From Octopus sinensis (Eukaryota), in NCBI RefSeq assembly GCF_006345805.1, contig NC_043001.1, positions 51,026,001 through 51,090,000 on the forward strand: a DNA stretch of 64,000 bases, read 5' to 3'. The notes under the pieces were generated by a model. The model saw nothing but the letters and a program-made list of their open reading frames with translations, was not told where the DNA came from and searched no databases. This document shows positions 51,471 through 62,340 of this stretch, in pieces. The stretch's first letter is position 1. Each line of letters opens with the position of its first letter. Made by a program: the position numbers and the translations under genes.

Positions 51471-51561
51471 CTTTCTTTCCTGATGAGAAGATTGCATCAT
51501 ACACCCTTTATTTCTTTGGAATGAAACCATGTGGTCTTCGAAACATATGTCGAGAGTAAAG
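51471..51561 (+). ncRNA. Type I hammerhead ribozyme, canonical core, GUC site
   Basis: CUUUCUUUC CUGAUGA GAAGAUUGCAU [31 nt] AUGUGGUCUUC GAA ACAUAUGU C GAGAG-U-AAAG; 11-bp stem II; predicted cleavage after 51551. Confidence 0.85.
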
Positions 51562-52144
51562 GAATTTTGTTAACATCTCGTTCGACTCCATTCTTTCATT
51601 TATTCATATGTAACACACAAATTTCTGCAAATGAACCAGGGGTTTCTACCCTTGGACAGGTCGCTTCAACCGTGTTTCTGATGTGAATTTGCTACCCTGG
51701 TATCGGTTCAACGAATTTTCCTTGCTGACGATAAACATAGGATAATTCATTCACCTATTGAAATATTATATATATATATATATAAGCATATGCATATGCA
51801 AATATATATACACATATGCATATATATATATATATATTTATATATATATGCATGTACACACACGCACACATTTCTCAGATTATCCAGGCAACTAAGTATT
51901 TAGAAACATAAAAATGTGTTGTTTGTCAGACTAGAAAACATTCAAAAGATTGAAGATAGTTTTGATATAATTCACAGAAAATTTTTGATAAGAAATGTTT
52001 TGAAAATACATATATTATAAACTTCCATTGTTACTAATGATGCCCAGATAAGGCTTTAAGCAAAGCAGCCATAATTTTTATATTCTAGTATCTTTGTATG
52101 TCTTATATCACTAAATTATTTACATCTGTTTGTCTTTATAATAG

Positions 52145-52282
52145 GATTTACTGGTGAAGTTTGTGAGAATGTTACTAATCCATGCTCCAAGAAATCCTGT
52201 GCTGGACAGAAATGTCAAGTAAAGAATAATCAAGCAACCTGCATGTGTCCTTCGAATAAATGGGGGTCTCAATGTCTCAGAG
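52145..52282 (+). CDS. Exon 17; EGF repeat
   Basis: ctttataatag acceptor, G|gtaacg donor, phase 1/1; FTGEVCENVTNPCSKKSCAGQKCQVKNNQATCMCPSNKWGSQCLR. Confidence 0.92.
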
Positions 52283-53573
52283 GTAACGTTTCAAGAAACA
52301 CTACATTGGAACAAACAACTTGTATATGTTGTGATTTTTTGCATGTGTGTGTGTGTGTGTGTGTGTTTATGATTTGGGAGTGCTACAAGTAGTCATGCTG
52401 GATAGGTAGTTTTCTCTCCTGACATTCTGCATTCCTTTCTTAGCACTTCCTGTTGAATCCCCTTTGTATATTCTTACAAGAAAGAAGCAAGTCACTTAAA
52501 AGGCTCCAATAAATATAAAAGTTTATTCCGGCATGGAACAAGACTCAAACATCCCAGTGGGATTTTACAAAGACTACAAGAAATATACCAACAGAAGATG
52601 TGTCTCCAAACATGCAATGTTATTCTCCTAGTAATTAGCAAAAGAGATTTTTTCAGGAAAAATATAAAGGGAACTTGAGGAGATAGCCCTCAAACATAAT
52701 AATCCATTTGAAATATACTAAACATTCTAATGGAGAACATGATGAACTAAAGGTGTATGTGTGGCATAAATGCTGTGAGAGTCACACACAGGCCTGTGAT
52801 CATTAAATGTCAATCACCAACTGAATTCACTTTGGTATGCAGTCAAAGCAAACAGCTGAAAGGACGCCACCTACAGGGATAACCTAAATACATTTAGCTG
52901 CCAAGTGAGGTTACCCAACCCCATTGTTTGCAGATTGATGCAAAAATTATCGCTAAACCATCTGTGCTACTTGAGCATTTTATATTCATGTAGTATTGTA
53001 TATATTTTGTAGTATTGTATATAGAATAAAGGATGTAAAAAAAGTGACATAAAGAAAGCAGTGAGGCTAACTGAGGCTTGTAATTGTCTTCTGATATCAC
53101 AGAAATGTGAGTTTATGTATGAGAGAAATTTCATATTTTGTGGGCAAATAATTAGAATCCACTCAATGTGGTTAGTTTTGAACAAGTAATATCTATTTTA
53201 TACAGCTTCTGACGTGAACTCAAAATGATGGGATGTAAAAGGCCTGCTTTGATACAGAGTTAAAAGTCAATATCAGTCATTTGCTAGCTCTGCCAGCATA
53301 ATAGTAATTTGGATTATTTCAAGGTAGCTCTTTAAACTGAGGAGGTAGAAATCCATTACAATCAATTAGTAAACAAAGAATAAACAATCCAAGTTGGCGT
53401 GGCAGTCCAAAATGGCGATTGGGAACATGAAATTTATTGCCCCTGCACCTATTTCAAATGCAACCTGTTCCATGCTTGCAACATGAGATGATGGTATAGG
53501 TCAATGTTAATGGTAACATGGCAAGACCCATTTCTGCAGATAATAGTTTATTTTTATCTCCCCAGTGGGAGAT

Positions 53574-53742
53574 GGGCTGAATCCTGGAAGTACTGCTATA
53601 CCAGGCCAACCTGTGGCAAAGGCGGAGCGAGCCCCTAACTCTTCGCTTCGTTCTAAAAATTATCGATGGCCCCAAACAGGGACCATATCAGATATTAAGC
53701 TGATAAGAACAGATACTACGTTTTGATCTTAGCCAAAAGGCC
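53574..53742 (-). pseudogene. U2: U2 snRNA copy lacking the first ~10 nt (pseudogene or variant)
   Basis: Minus strand GGCCTTTTGGCTAAGATCAAAACGTAGTATCTGTTCTTATCAGCTTAATATCTGATA...AATTTTTAG (Sm site)...GGGGCTCGCTCC...CCTGGTATAGCAGTACTTCCAGG matches invertebrate U2. Confidence 0.93.
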
Positions 53743-54344
53743 ATAGTGTCAAGCAAGGTAATGTCCTTTCCCCAACTCCCTTTTCCTGGTATTTTGCAGT
53801 TACACTCACTCATGCTTTTACTGGGGATTGCTGTTATGGGATAGGAGGTACCAATCTTCTGGTCATCTCTTCACCTTGCATTGATTTGCTGTTAATATGA
53901 AAGTTTTTAATCACTTATTCATGTCCTCTTCCTCCTCTATACGGATTATTGAGATTTGGTTGCTCATACAGTTGGAGATATATAACCTTTCATGGATCAT
54001 ACTGCTGCATCTTGCAAGACATTTGGGCTCAACACTAACAAGAACAGTAGTAATGTTCCACCTTGCACCAGGAAACACACACACACACACATATATATAT
54101 ACATCGTCAGTGTATGATATATCTGAAAAAGAACACTCTAAAGCATCGAGCAATAATGTATTTATATGCAGTTAAGTATTTGTCCGGTCATAGACTTGTT
54201 AGATTCTAATGGTGAAGACCATATAGCTCTTCCGACAGTGGAGGTAGAAATCTGGTTTTCTGTAAATGACCAAACCCAGACTTATGCCTTGGAGGGTAGC
54301 TTCCTATGTGAAATCCCATGGTCATTCATTTAATTTACTTATGT

Positions 54345-54490
54345 GAGATATAGACTCTATACAGGCATCATGTAGAGGTCCTTAAATGCTTCCATTCGAT
54401 GTGTCTGGGATAAATTCTGAATGTTGGCTGGTCATTGTAGACTCCAGATACAGAAGGCTCGAAGGGAAACTGACAGTTCACAAGAAGCCT
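54345..54490 (+). mobile_element. Short BovB-like RTE fragment
   Basis: Homologous to 56005-56110; reads ...TLYRHHVEVLKCFH. Confidence 0.55.
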
Positions 54491-55265
54491 CAGAGATGAT
54501 GAGAGGAAGAAGGAGGAGAGAAGGATGTATTGGGAGTATGGTAGGGAAGATTTAGCATACAATTTATGTACAATTATTAGTTAATTTATTTGACATATTA
54601 ATGAATAGCTGTTTTTTTATGTGCAGTCTAGGATATTTGTATATAATACCCACATCATCCCAGAGACGTTAGTAATACTCCAAAATTAGTAAAGCCTGTT
54701 ACAATAACACCAGCATCAAAATAAATCATGCTAAATTCTGTCTCTCAGAGGGGTGTCCACTGCCAAGAAACTTATCAAACATGTTGTATGGAATTCCCTA
54801 CAGGTTCTTGTGACTATTCAGAAACATTTTGGCATTATTTATTTCAATATAAAAAAACTATAAAACTCAGAGATTGAGAGATTGGAGGTACCCTTCAATA
54901 TCAAGGATCTACAAGACACACTAAAATCTTCCAAGTCATGGATGTTACTTAAAGATTTCACAATAGAAACAATTAACGGTTGCTTTTTTTTTCTTCTTTT
55001 TCTTCCTTTATTGATGTTTTTTTTTTGTTCTATGCTTATGCATAAAGTTCTAAGATACCTTTCTGAGTCTGTCAAAGCTTTCTGGTTTTATGGAATGCAT
55101 ACATTAATTAACCAAATAAATATGATACAATAGTTTTTTTTAACATCCCTAAATACATAACTCACCACCTTCACCACCACCATTCACAACATATACACAT
55201 ATATAAAGAAATAGTAAAAAAAAATACTCCAAACTAAAATTCCAAAATTAATCATAATCTTATAG

Positions 55266-55449
55266 ATATCCCCTATGGAAGTGACTTGGTAGTTCTGAAA
55301 CCCAAAGGGTTTTTTGTACCAATGAATGCACCTGAGTTTAGTCGTATCATAGAGGATCAGTTGACCATGACCTTCTGGATAAAGTACAATGAAGACATGA
55401 ACAATGAGAAACAGGCATCTGCTACAAGTATATGTCTCTACGGATCAAA
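55266..55449 (+). CDS. Exon 18; start of pentraxin/LamG-like domain
   Basis: tcttatag acceptor, AA|gtaagt donor, phase 1/2; IPYGSDLVVLKPKGFFVPMNAPEFSRIIEDQLTMTFWIKYNED...SICLYGS; LTMTFWIK matches the pentraxin/LamG FTxxxW[ILMV]K strand. Confidence 0.85.
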
Positions 55450-55471
55450 GTAAGTATTGTTTGCTCTTTCT

Positions 55472-55474
<3 letters not shown>

Positions 55475-55534
<60 letters not shown>

Positions 55535-55547
55535 TGTGTGTGTGTGT

Positions 55548-55615
<68 letters not shown>

Positions 55616-56004
55616 TGTGTGTGTGTACATATGTACGTATATATGTATGTATGTGTGTGTGTATGTATATATGTATGTATGTGTGTGTGTGTGTGTATGT
55701 ATGTACGTATATATGTATGTATGTGTGTGTGTATGTATATATGTATGTATGTGGTGTGTGTGTACATATGTACGTATATATGTATGTATGTGTGTGTGTA
55801 TGTATATATGTATGTATGTGTGTGTGTGTATGTATGTATGTACGTATATATGTATGTATGTGTGTGTGTATGTATATATGTATGTATGTGTGTGTGTGGT
55901 GTGTGTGTGTATGTATGTACATATGTATGTATATATGTATGTATGTGTGTGTGTATGTATGTATGTATGTGTGTGTGTGTATGTGTGTGTGTGTATATGT
56001 ATGT
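55475..56004. repeat. Compound (GT)n/(GTAT)n array
   Basis: Direct reading; the V/C/Y and H/T ORFs are artefacts. Confidence 0.95.
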
Positions 56005-56610
56005 AAAGGTCCTTGAATGCCTCCATCAGAGATGTCTGAGACACATTCTGAATGTTGGCTGGACCTTAAAAACTCCAGATACACAGGTCCTGAGGGAAGC
56101 CGATATTCTGAGTATTGAGGTGATGGTGCACAAACACTGATTATGTTGGCCTGGACACCTTGTTAGAATGAATGATTGCAGGATTCCTAAATAGATGCTA
56201 TATGGGGAACTTGTTAGTGGAAAGCGACCCCAGCAGAAGTCAAAACTGAGATTTAAGGACAGTGTAAAGTCCTCATGAAAGGCCTGTGAATTGCGGGAGG
56301 CTGACTTAGAAGAGTAAAGCTCATCATTGCCACAGATGGAGGAAACGGGTAAAGGAGGGAGTTAATACCTCTGAAAGAGCATGTATTCTTCATGAAGATT
56401 TTTAAGCGTGCTGCTCAAAAATGCACTGCTAGTGTAATGAATGGGGAAAGCCTGGTCTGTAATATTTGCAGTCATGTACGTTTGTCAAGAGCAGGCCTCA
56501 TTTGTCACCAACAGAACTGCAAGCGTAAAGTATAAGGTAGTCTTGAGTGTACAATGTTCCTAAAGGTCAGTAATGGCTTTCAGTTATGAGTGAATGGCCA
56601 TCATCATGTA
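56005..56610 (+). mobile_element. BovB-like RTE LINE 3' fragment, degenerate
   Basis: LECLHQRCLRHILNVGW...GHLVRMNDCRIPK*MLYGELVSGKR...RFKDSVK; C-terminal zinc-finger remnant CNICSH...AGLICHQQNC. Confidence 0.75.
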
Positions 56611-56861
56611 TGTATGTATAACATTCAGTCATCCTGTTGTGTAACAAATCTTGCAAATGTAAGCTGCTATTGACATCTTGTAATTTTCAAGATCTTGGTT
56701 TAATAATCTCTGAGGCATCATTCTGGAGCAATGTGTAATGAATTGCCTTGTCCAGGATGACAATATGTACCTGGCTATGGAACATGAAGCCACGAATTGA
56801 TGATTCCAACATCCTAACCTGAGATCTTATGGTTGGGGAAACAATCATCTTAATCATGTAT

Positions 56862-57285
56862 TTCTTTTATTTCTTTTACTTGTCTCAGTTATTTGACTGC
56901 AGTCATGCTGGAGCATCGCTTTAAAAGGTTTTTTTTTGTGGAAGAAATTGAGCCCAGGACTTGTTTTTTGTAAGCCTGGTACTTATTCTATCAGTCTCTT
57001 TTGCTGAACTGCTAGTTACAGGGATGTAAACACACCAAAATTGGTTGTCAAGTGATGATGGGGAAATAAACACAGGAACAAAAACACACACACATATATA
57101 TATCTGCATATGTTATATATATATGGCAGGCTTCTTTCAGTTTCTGTTTACCAAATCCACTCACAAGGCTTTGGTCAGCCCAAGGCCATAGTAGAGGACA
57201 TTTCCCAAGTTGGCACAGAGTGAGACTGAACTCAGACCCATGTGGTTGGGAAGCAAGCCTTTTACCACACAGCTACACCTGTGCC
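56862..57285 (-). mobile_element. tRNA-derived SINE with internal microsatellite
   Basis: Reverse complement of the 17699 family. Confidence 0.8.
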
Positions 57286-57310
57286 TGTATATATTCATAC
57301 AGACATAATG

Positions 57311-57389
<79 letters not shown>

Positions 57390-57531
57390 ATGTGTGTGTG
57401 TGTGTGTGTATGCATTTTATGTGTTTCCTTTTATGGTAAACAAGAGTTCTTGAACAGTATCCAGTCAATCATGAAGTAATACCAGAATCTATAAGGTTCG
57501 TTTTACAGAAGTACATGGATTTCTATTGCAG

Positions 57532-57765
57532 TGATTTGATAAATCCAGTATTCAGTGCTAAGGAATTGGTACATTTACAAGGTAACACCCTGTCCCTCCA
57601 GATGTTTGATGACACACACACCGTTACCTTGAAATCTTTAACTAATGGAATCTGGCATCATGTGATACTACAATGGAGCAATAGTGATGGAATTCTCTTG
57701 GTTTATCACAATGGAGACTTAACTTTAGAAAAAAATCTCGGTAATGGAAAACAAATTCCACCACT
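57532..57765 (+). CDS. Exon 19; pentraxin/LamG-like core
   Basis: ttctattgcag acceptor is the only nearby AG giving phase 2; CT|gtaagt donor; DLINPVFSAKELVHLQ...LTNGIWHHVILQWSNSDGILLVYHNGDLTLEKNLGNGKQIPP. Confidence 0.87.
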
Positions 57766-58100
57766 GTAAGTAGTCATTGACTTTTATTGTAGCCATTCTT
57801 TTTATGTTGGCATAAGTGAAATAGGTTTTGAAACTTTTAAGCGAAAATGATTAAATAGCAGGATCGGCTTCTTTTTGTAAACTATTAAAATCATGAAATG
57901 GGGCCTTATTGGTATCTAGGATTTTCCATGTTGATATCAATTTGAGGCAAAAGGTTTTGCCTTTCATTTGTTTTGAGAGTTGATAAAATAAGTCCCAGGT
58001 GAAAACTAGGATTGATGAAATTGACTAACACACTTCTCTAATTTCTAACCTTGTGCCTATAGCAGAAAGAAAGAATTATTATTATTATTATTATTATTAT

Positions 58101-58620
58101 TATTGAGTGAGAGAGCAGTGCATGCCAGCAAAGTGACACTGGGATACAAATATAGGAAGCCCAGTATACCCATCATGACTACCCATCTGATAAGGGTACA
58201 CCAGGCACATGCATCACAACCATATGTGAGCAACATGGTGATCTCATACCAAGATAAACAGCACATGACCTTGCAGGTGGGGCTCAGTTAGAATTTTCTT
58301 CTGGTTGAGTAACCCATCCCACTCAAAAGGTTCCTGAATAAGGGTTGTTTAAGGATGTTGAACGAAACACCCATGTTTCCAGAGGTGAATTATTCAAACA
58401 CATGGCTATGATGCTCCCCCACTACTTCTGCTTGTGATCAGAGATGCATATATCATCAGCCACTAAGGGACATGTTCAGCTGGTTAAGGTCAAACAACTG
58501 ACAAGCAAATCTGTGGTATTAAGCAGAATATTTGCTGTAGCCCATCTTTTATACCAAGACAAAACAATGTACATGATAACACTTCCAATCAGTTAAGATC
58601 AGAAGCCACAAGAGCCAGAG
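58101..58620. repeat. About 520-bp interspersed repeat following (TTA)n, copy 1
   Basis: Aligns end to end with 60219-60750 (GAGAGCAGTG...CCAGCAAAGTGACACTGGG...CCCATCTTTTATACCAAGAC...). Confidence 0.85.
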
Positions 58621-58699
58621 TATTAGTATGATTATTATAGATGTCACACAGTGTACAATATTGTGAGATTGTTGATTGAAGATATTGTGTCTACCAGAG

Positions 58700-59445
58700 A
58701 GTTGTACTGTTTTTCAAGTCATAACAAGGACCTCAGTACTTTATGCAATATGTGTGCAGTTCCAAGTAATGTCAACTTTTGCAATACATCTACATTGTAG
58801 AGTATTTCTAAAGTTTACAGAGGTTTTCTCAGATTGGGTAGCATTGAACCCAGTGCTCCAATGACAATAGGGATAACTTTTATGTTTGCCTCTTGTATCA
58901 ACCTTTTCTCTTTCTTTCATGATGATATGTTTATCTCCTGGCACTGCCATGTCAATTATTAGGCCCTCCTAATGGTTACTATATCCACCCTTCAGTGCTC
59001 TAACACCTTGTCTGTCTGCAAATTAAAGTCCAAGAGGATTTTTGCCTTCCCCTTTTTTGGTGTATGTTGGTATCAAGCACCTGTAACTTCATATCCATAC
59101 TTCGAGCATAGTAGCCAGTGGAGGTTTTGGGCTACCTTGTCATGTCTGCACTTGTATTTCTGCGCAAGACTTTCACAAGCACTAACAATGTGAGTCACGC
59201 TTTCGACTCCCTTCCCACACATTCTGCAGGTCTGATGTACTTGTGTGGTATATATTCTTTTTCACTGAGTTGGTATTCAATGCCTGGACCTGGGCAGCGA
59301 TGATTAAGCTTTCAGTCCTTTGCTTTTTTTAGCCCACCCTTGTGGAGCCACATCCATAATGCTTCCTGGTCTTTTAATTTGTTGGTGGAACTGACCATGT
59401 AATTCCATATGGAGTAGGGATTTTTCTCTCTCGTTGGCATTTCTT
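58700..59445 (-). mobile_element. Dong/R4-like C-terminal fragment
   Basis: CCHC finger CRMCGKGVESVTHIVSAC followed by RHDKVAQNLHWLLC; RLE IIDMAVPGD and KVIPIVIGALG; abuts (TAA)n at 59445. Confidence 0.8.
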
Positions 59446-59559
59446 ATAATAATAATAATAATAATTATTATTATTATTGTTATAATAAAAATAAAGCTCA
59501 GGTTTGGTCTTATTCCTGATAGGATTTATATGGGTAGTGGGTTGCTACCTGTAACCTTA

Positions 59560-59955
59560 GGTATCTATGGGTTTTTGGCAGTCTTTTAAGTGCTTAGAAC
59601 CCTCCTGATAATCCTTGCTGTCCCTAAGAAGTAAATTTTCTGTAGGAGCTCTACAGGGCATTCTATTCCAATCTTCTTCAGCCATTCATCTATCTCTTGG
59701 CTTACTGTTCCTAACACACCAATTACTACAGGCACGACCTTTACTGCTCGCATGCTCCAAATTCTTCCTATTTTAAATTTTAAGGGATTGTATTTTCTGT
59801 TTTTCTTCCTCCTTCCTTATGATCCTGGACTCAAATTGGCATGATGAATTGATAAGCAACGTTGTTTTTCCTTATCTATGACTGTAATATCTGGTCTATT
59901 ATTTTCTAATTTTTTGTCTGTTTGAGTTGAAAAGTCCCACAAAATCTTACATTTC
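59560..59955 (-). mobile_element. Dong/R4-like RLE fragment
   Basis: KILWDFSTQTDKKLENNRPDITVIDKEK...VKVVPVVIGVLGTV...GTARIIRRVL; (ATT)n-type tracts on both sides. Confidence 0.8.
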
Positions 59956-59989
59956 TCCAATTATAATTATTATTGTTGTTGTTATTGTT

Positions 59990-60200
59990 AACATGGCAAG
60001 CTGACAGAATCACTAGCATGCAGCACAAGATGCTTAGCATTTCATCCACCTTTACATTCTGAGTTCAAATTCTGATGAGGTTGACTTTGCCTTTTATCCT
60101 TTTGCGGTTGATATAATAAAGACCAGTTGAGTACTGGAGTTGGCATTATTGACTAGCCCCCTCCCCCAAAATTTCAGGCCTTGTGCCTATAATGGAAAAT
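59990..60200 (+). mobile_element. SINE (GGCGGTGAGCTGGCAGAA family)
   Basis: GGCAAGCTGACAGAATC...GAGTTCAAATTCTG...GCCTTTTATCCTTTTG...GTGCCTATAATGGAAA, (ATT)n tail. Confidence 0.75.
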
Positions 60201-60218
60201 TATTATTATTATTATTAT

Positions 60219-60750
60219 TATTGAGAGTGAGAGCAGTGTGTTCCAGCAAAGTGACACTGGGGTAAAATACACAGAGCCCAGTATACCCATCATGACTACC
60301 CATCTGGTAAGGGGTCACCAGGCACATGCATCACAACCATATGTGAGCGACATGGTGATCTGATATCAAGATAAACAGCACATGACCTTGCAGGTGGGAC
60401 CTAATTAGAATTTTCTTCAGATCAAGTATCCCATTCCACTCAAAAGGTTGTTTAAAGATGTTGAATAAAACACCCACATTTTCAAAGGTGAATTATTCAA
60501 ACTCCAAAGAATTCCTCTCGAGACATGGCTATGATGCTCTCCCCCAACTTCTGCTCATGATCAGAGATGCCCATATCATTTGCCACCAGGGGACGTACAT
60601 GCTAAACTGGTTAAGGTCAAACAACTGGCAAGGAAATCTGTGGTACTGAACAGAATATTTGGTGTAGCCCATCTTTTATACCAAGACAGCAAAACATACA
60701 TGATAAAACTGCCAACCAGTTAAGCCCAGAAGTCATGACAGCCAGTGCCT
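60219..60750. repeat. About 520-bp interspersed repeat flanked by (TTA)n, copy 2
   Basis: See 58101-58620. Confidence 0.85.
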
Positions 60751-60832
60751 GTATTATTATTATTATTTCACTTAAACATAATTCTAGTTTCAGAAAACTA
60801 CTTTGTAAAATTTATTTTCATTAACATTTCAG

Positions 60833-61110
60833 GGGTTTACTAGTTGTTGGTGGGAAATTAAACACAAAACAAAGTGCAATTGAAGCCTCTTATTTCTCTG
60901 GTCGGATCAGTCGTTTATGGATTCTCAACCAAACTTTATCGAAAGAAAATTTACAGAATTTTTGGAAAAACCCAAGCCAAACACCATCAAATATTTTGAG
61001 CAATCTTGTGAAAAATATGCTAATGTTGCCAAATTATTTGTTGGATTTCCAGTCTGAAATAAAACCAGATATGTGTGAGATCAAGAAAAATTGTCCACAA
61101 ACAAATAAAA
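60833..61110 (+). CDS. Exon 20; end of pentraxin/LamG-like domain
   Basis: aacatttcag acceptor, A|gtaagt donor, phase 2/1; GLLVVGGKLNTKQSAIEASYFSGRISRLWILNQTLSKENLQNFW...DMCEIKKNCPQTNK; matches pentraxin G.LVLGQ...F.G.IS...W...LS; gene continues beyond the window. Confidence 0.9.
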
Positions 61111-61334
61111 GTAAGTAACAATTTTAAAAGATGTTTTTGTACATTAATTTCTATAAAAACAAAATGACTGTGAGTGGTTAGAGTACCAACTGCCATGAGA
61201 CTAAACCTGCTGAAGAAGTTTCTTTGAAAGGTAAAAAATCTTTTTCTTCCAGTCGATGTTATTTTTCTTTTGACGACTGGAATGGGAGGCTATCCTCTCA
61301 ACCAATATGCTACTGTGGGTGCTGCTGTATAATG

Positions 61335-62340
61335 GACTTTGGTCTACATCCATTTTGTTCCACTGGTAGTAGGTCGTTCTCATCTAGACACTTATAGATG
61401 CTGTTCAATATAATGGCTGTCATCAGTTTCCACATCAGTGGTAAACAAGATATTGGTCAGAAATTTCCAACTGCATTCCCTTTACTTGGGTCCTTTTGGC
61501 ATAATACCATTCTTCTTTTTGTCATCCAGGCCAGTACTTGGATGTCACTACTCAGTATTTTGTCCAGCTGTCTTGCAATTCTCCTGTGCAGAGCTGTCAA
61601 GTTTTTAAGCCAAATGCCCTGAACCCCATCCAGGCCAGGCGCTTTCCAGTTAGGAATTCTCCTGCACTGTTCTCTAATCATCTCCTCAGTTATTCTCAAA
61701 TCCTCCTGCTGATACTCTCCACTCTCCTCCTTGAGTTTCTTTAACCAGTCTGCTTCAGTTTCACATTGTTTCTCCAGAGACCAAGTTTGCCCAGAATCTT
61801 TTACTTTCTTCAGCATCTGGCATGGCTTTTTCACCCTTTTCTTTCCCATCCAGTTCCTGATAGATTCATTTCTGATTTTGTTTGTAAAGCCTTTTTGCTT
61901 TGTATCGCTCAATTTTCTGTTCATATCTCTTTAGTTTATGCACTTAAGCTTTCAACCTCTGCTTTAATTCATCAATCAAAACATTGATTCCTTTCTCTTC
62001 ACCCTACACTTCCTCTCTAGCTCAACATATTTCTCTCACTGTTCCAGAATATTAATGTTTTCTTGTCTCATTAATAGACTGCGTTATTCTCCATTTCCAC
62101 CATGGTTCCTTCAGGTTATGTTGTCTTTTACCTTTTGCATTCAAATCTAATTTCTGGGCTACAAAGATCGATATGACACTTATCAGATCGTTGGCATCTG
62201 TGATGTTGTCAGTCCTGATATCACCAGTGATATTTATCTTCCTGACCCATTCACTGAGTTTCATTTTTGTCTACTATTTTCAACACCGTATAAAAGCTCT
62301 GTTCACCAGGTTCAAATATCAATGATTTCATTTAAAATGA
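61335..62340 (-). mobile_element. Dong/R4-like fragment with the RT N-terminal region
   Basis: WKAPGLDGVQGIWLK...[25 protein letters not shown]...[10 protein letters not shown]; 62040-62335 is homologous to 5330-5595. Confidence 0.85.

Noticed and set aside
53786-53812. CCTGGTATTTTGCAGTTAC resembling U2 stem-loop IV on the + strand
   Set aside because: Too short and lacks the closing CCAGG; probably chance.
54882-55133. 83-aa ORF upstream of exon 18
   Set aside because: No convincing acceptor/donor pair or domain similarity, and it is not needed for phase continuity.
392-61110. Assigning the symbol SVEP1 or uif
   Set aside because: Domain order fits both families (EGF count is nearer uif); N- and C-terminal domains lie outside the window, so orthology cannot be decided.
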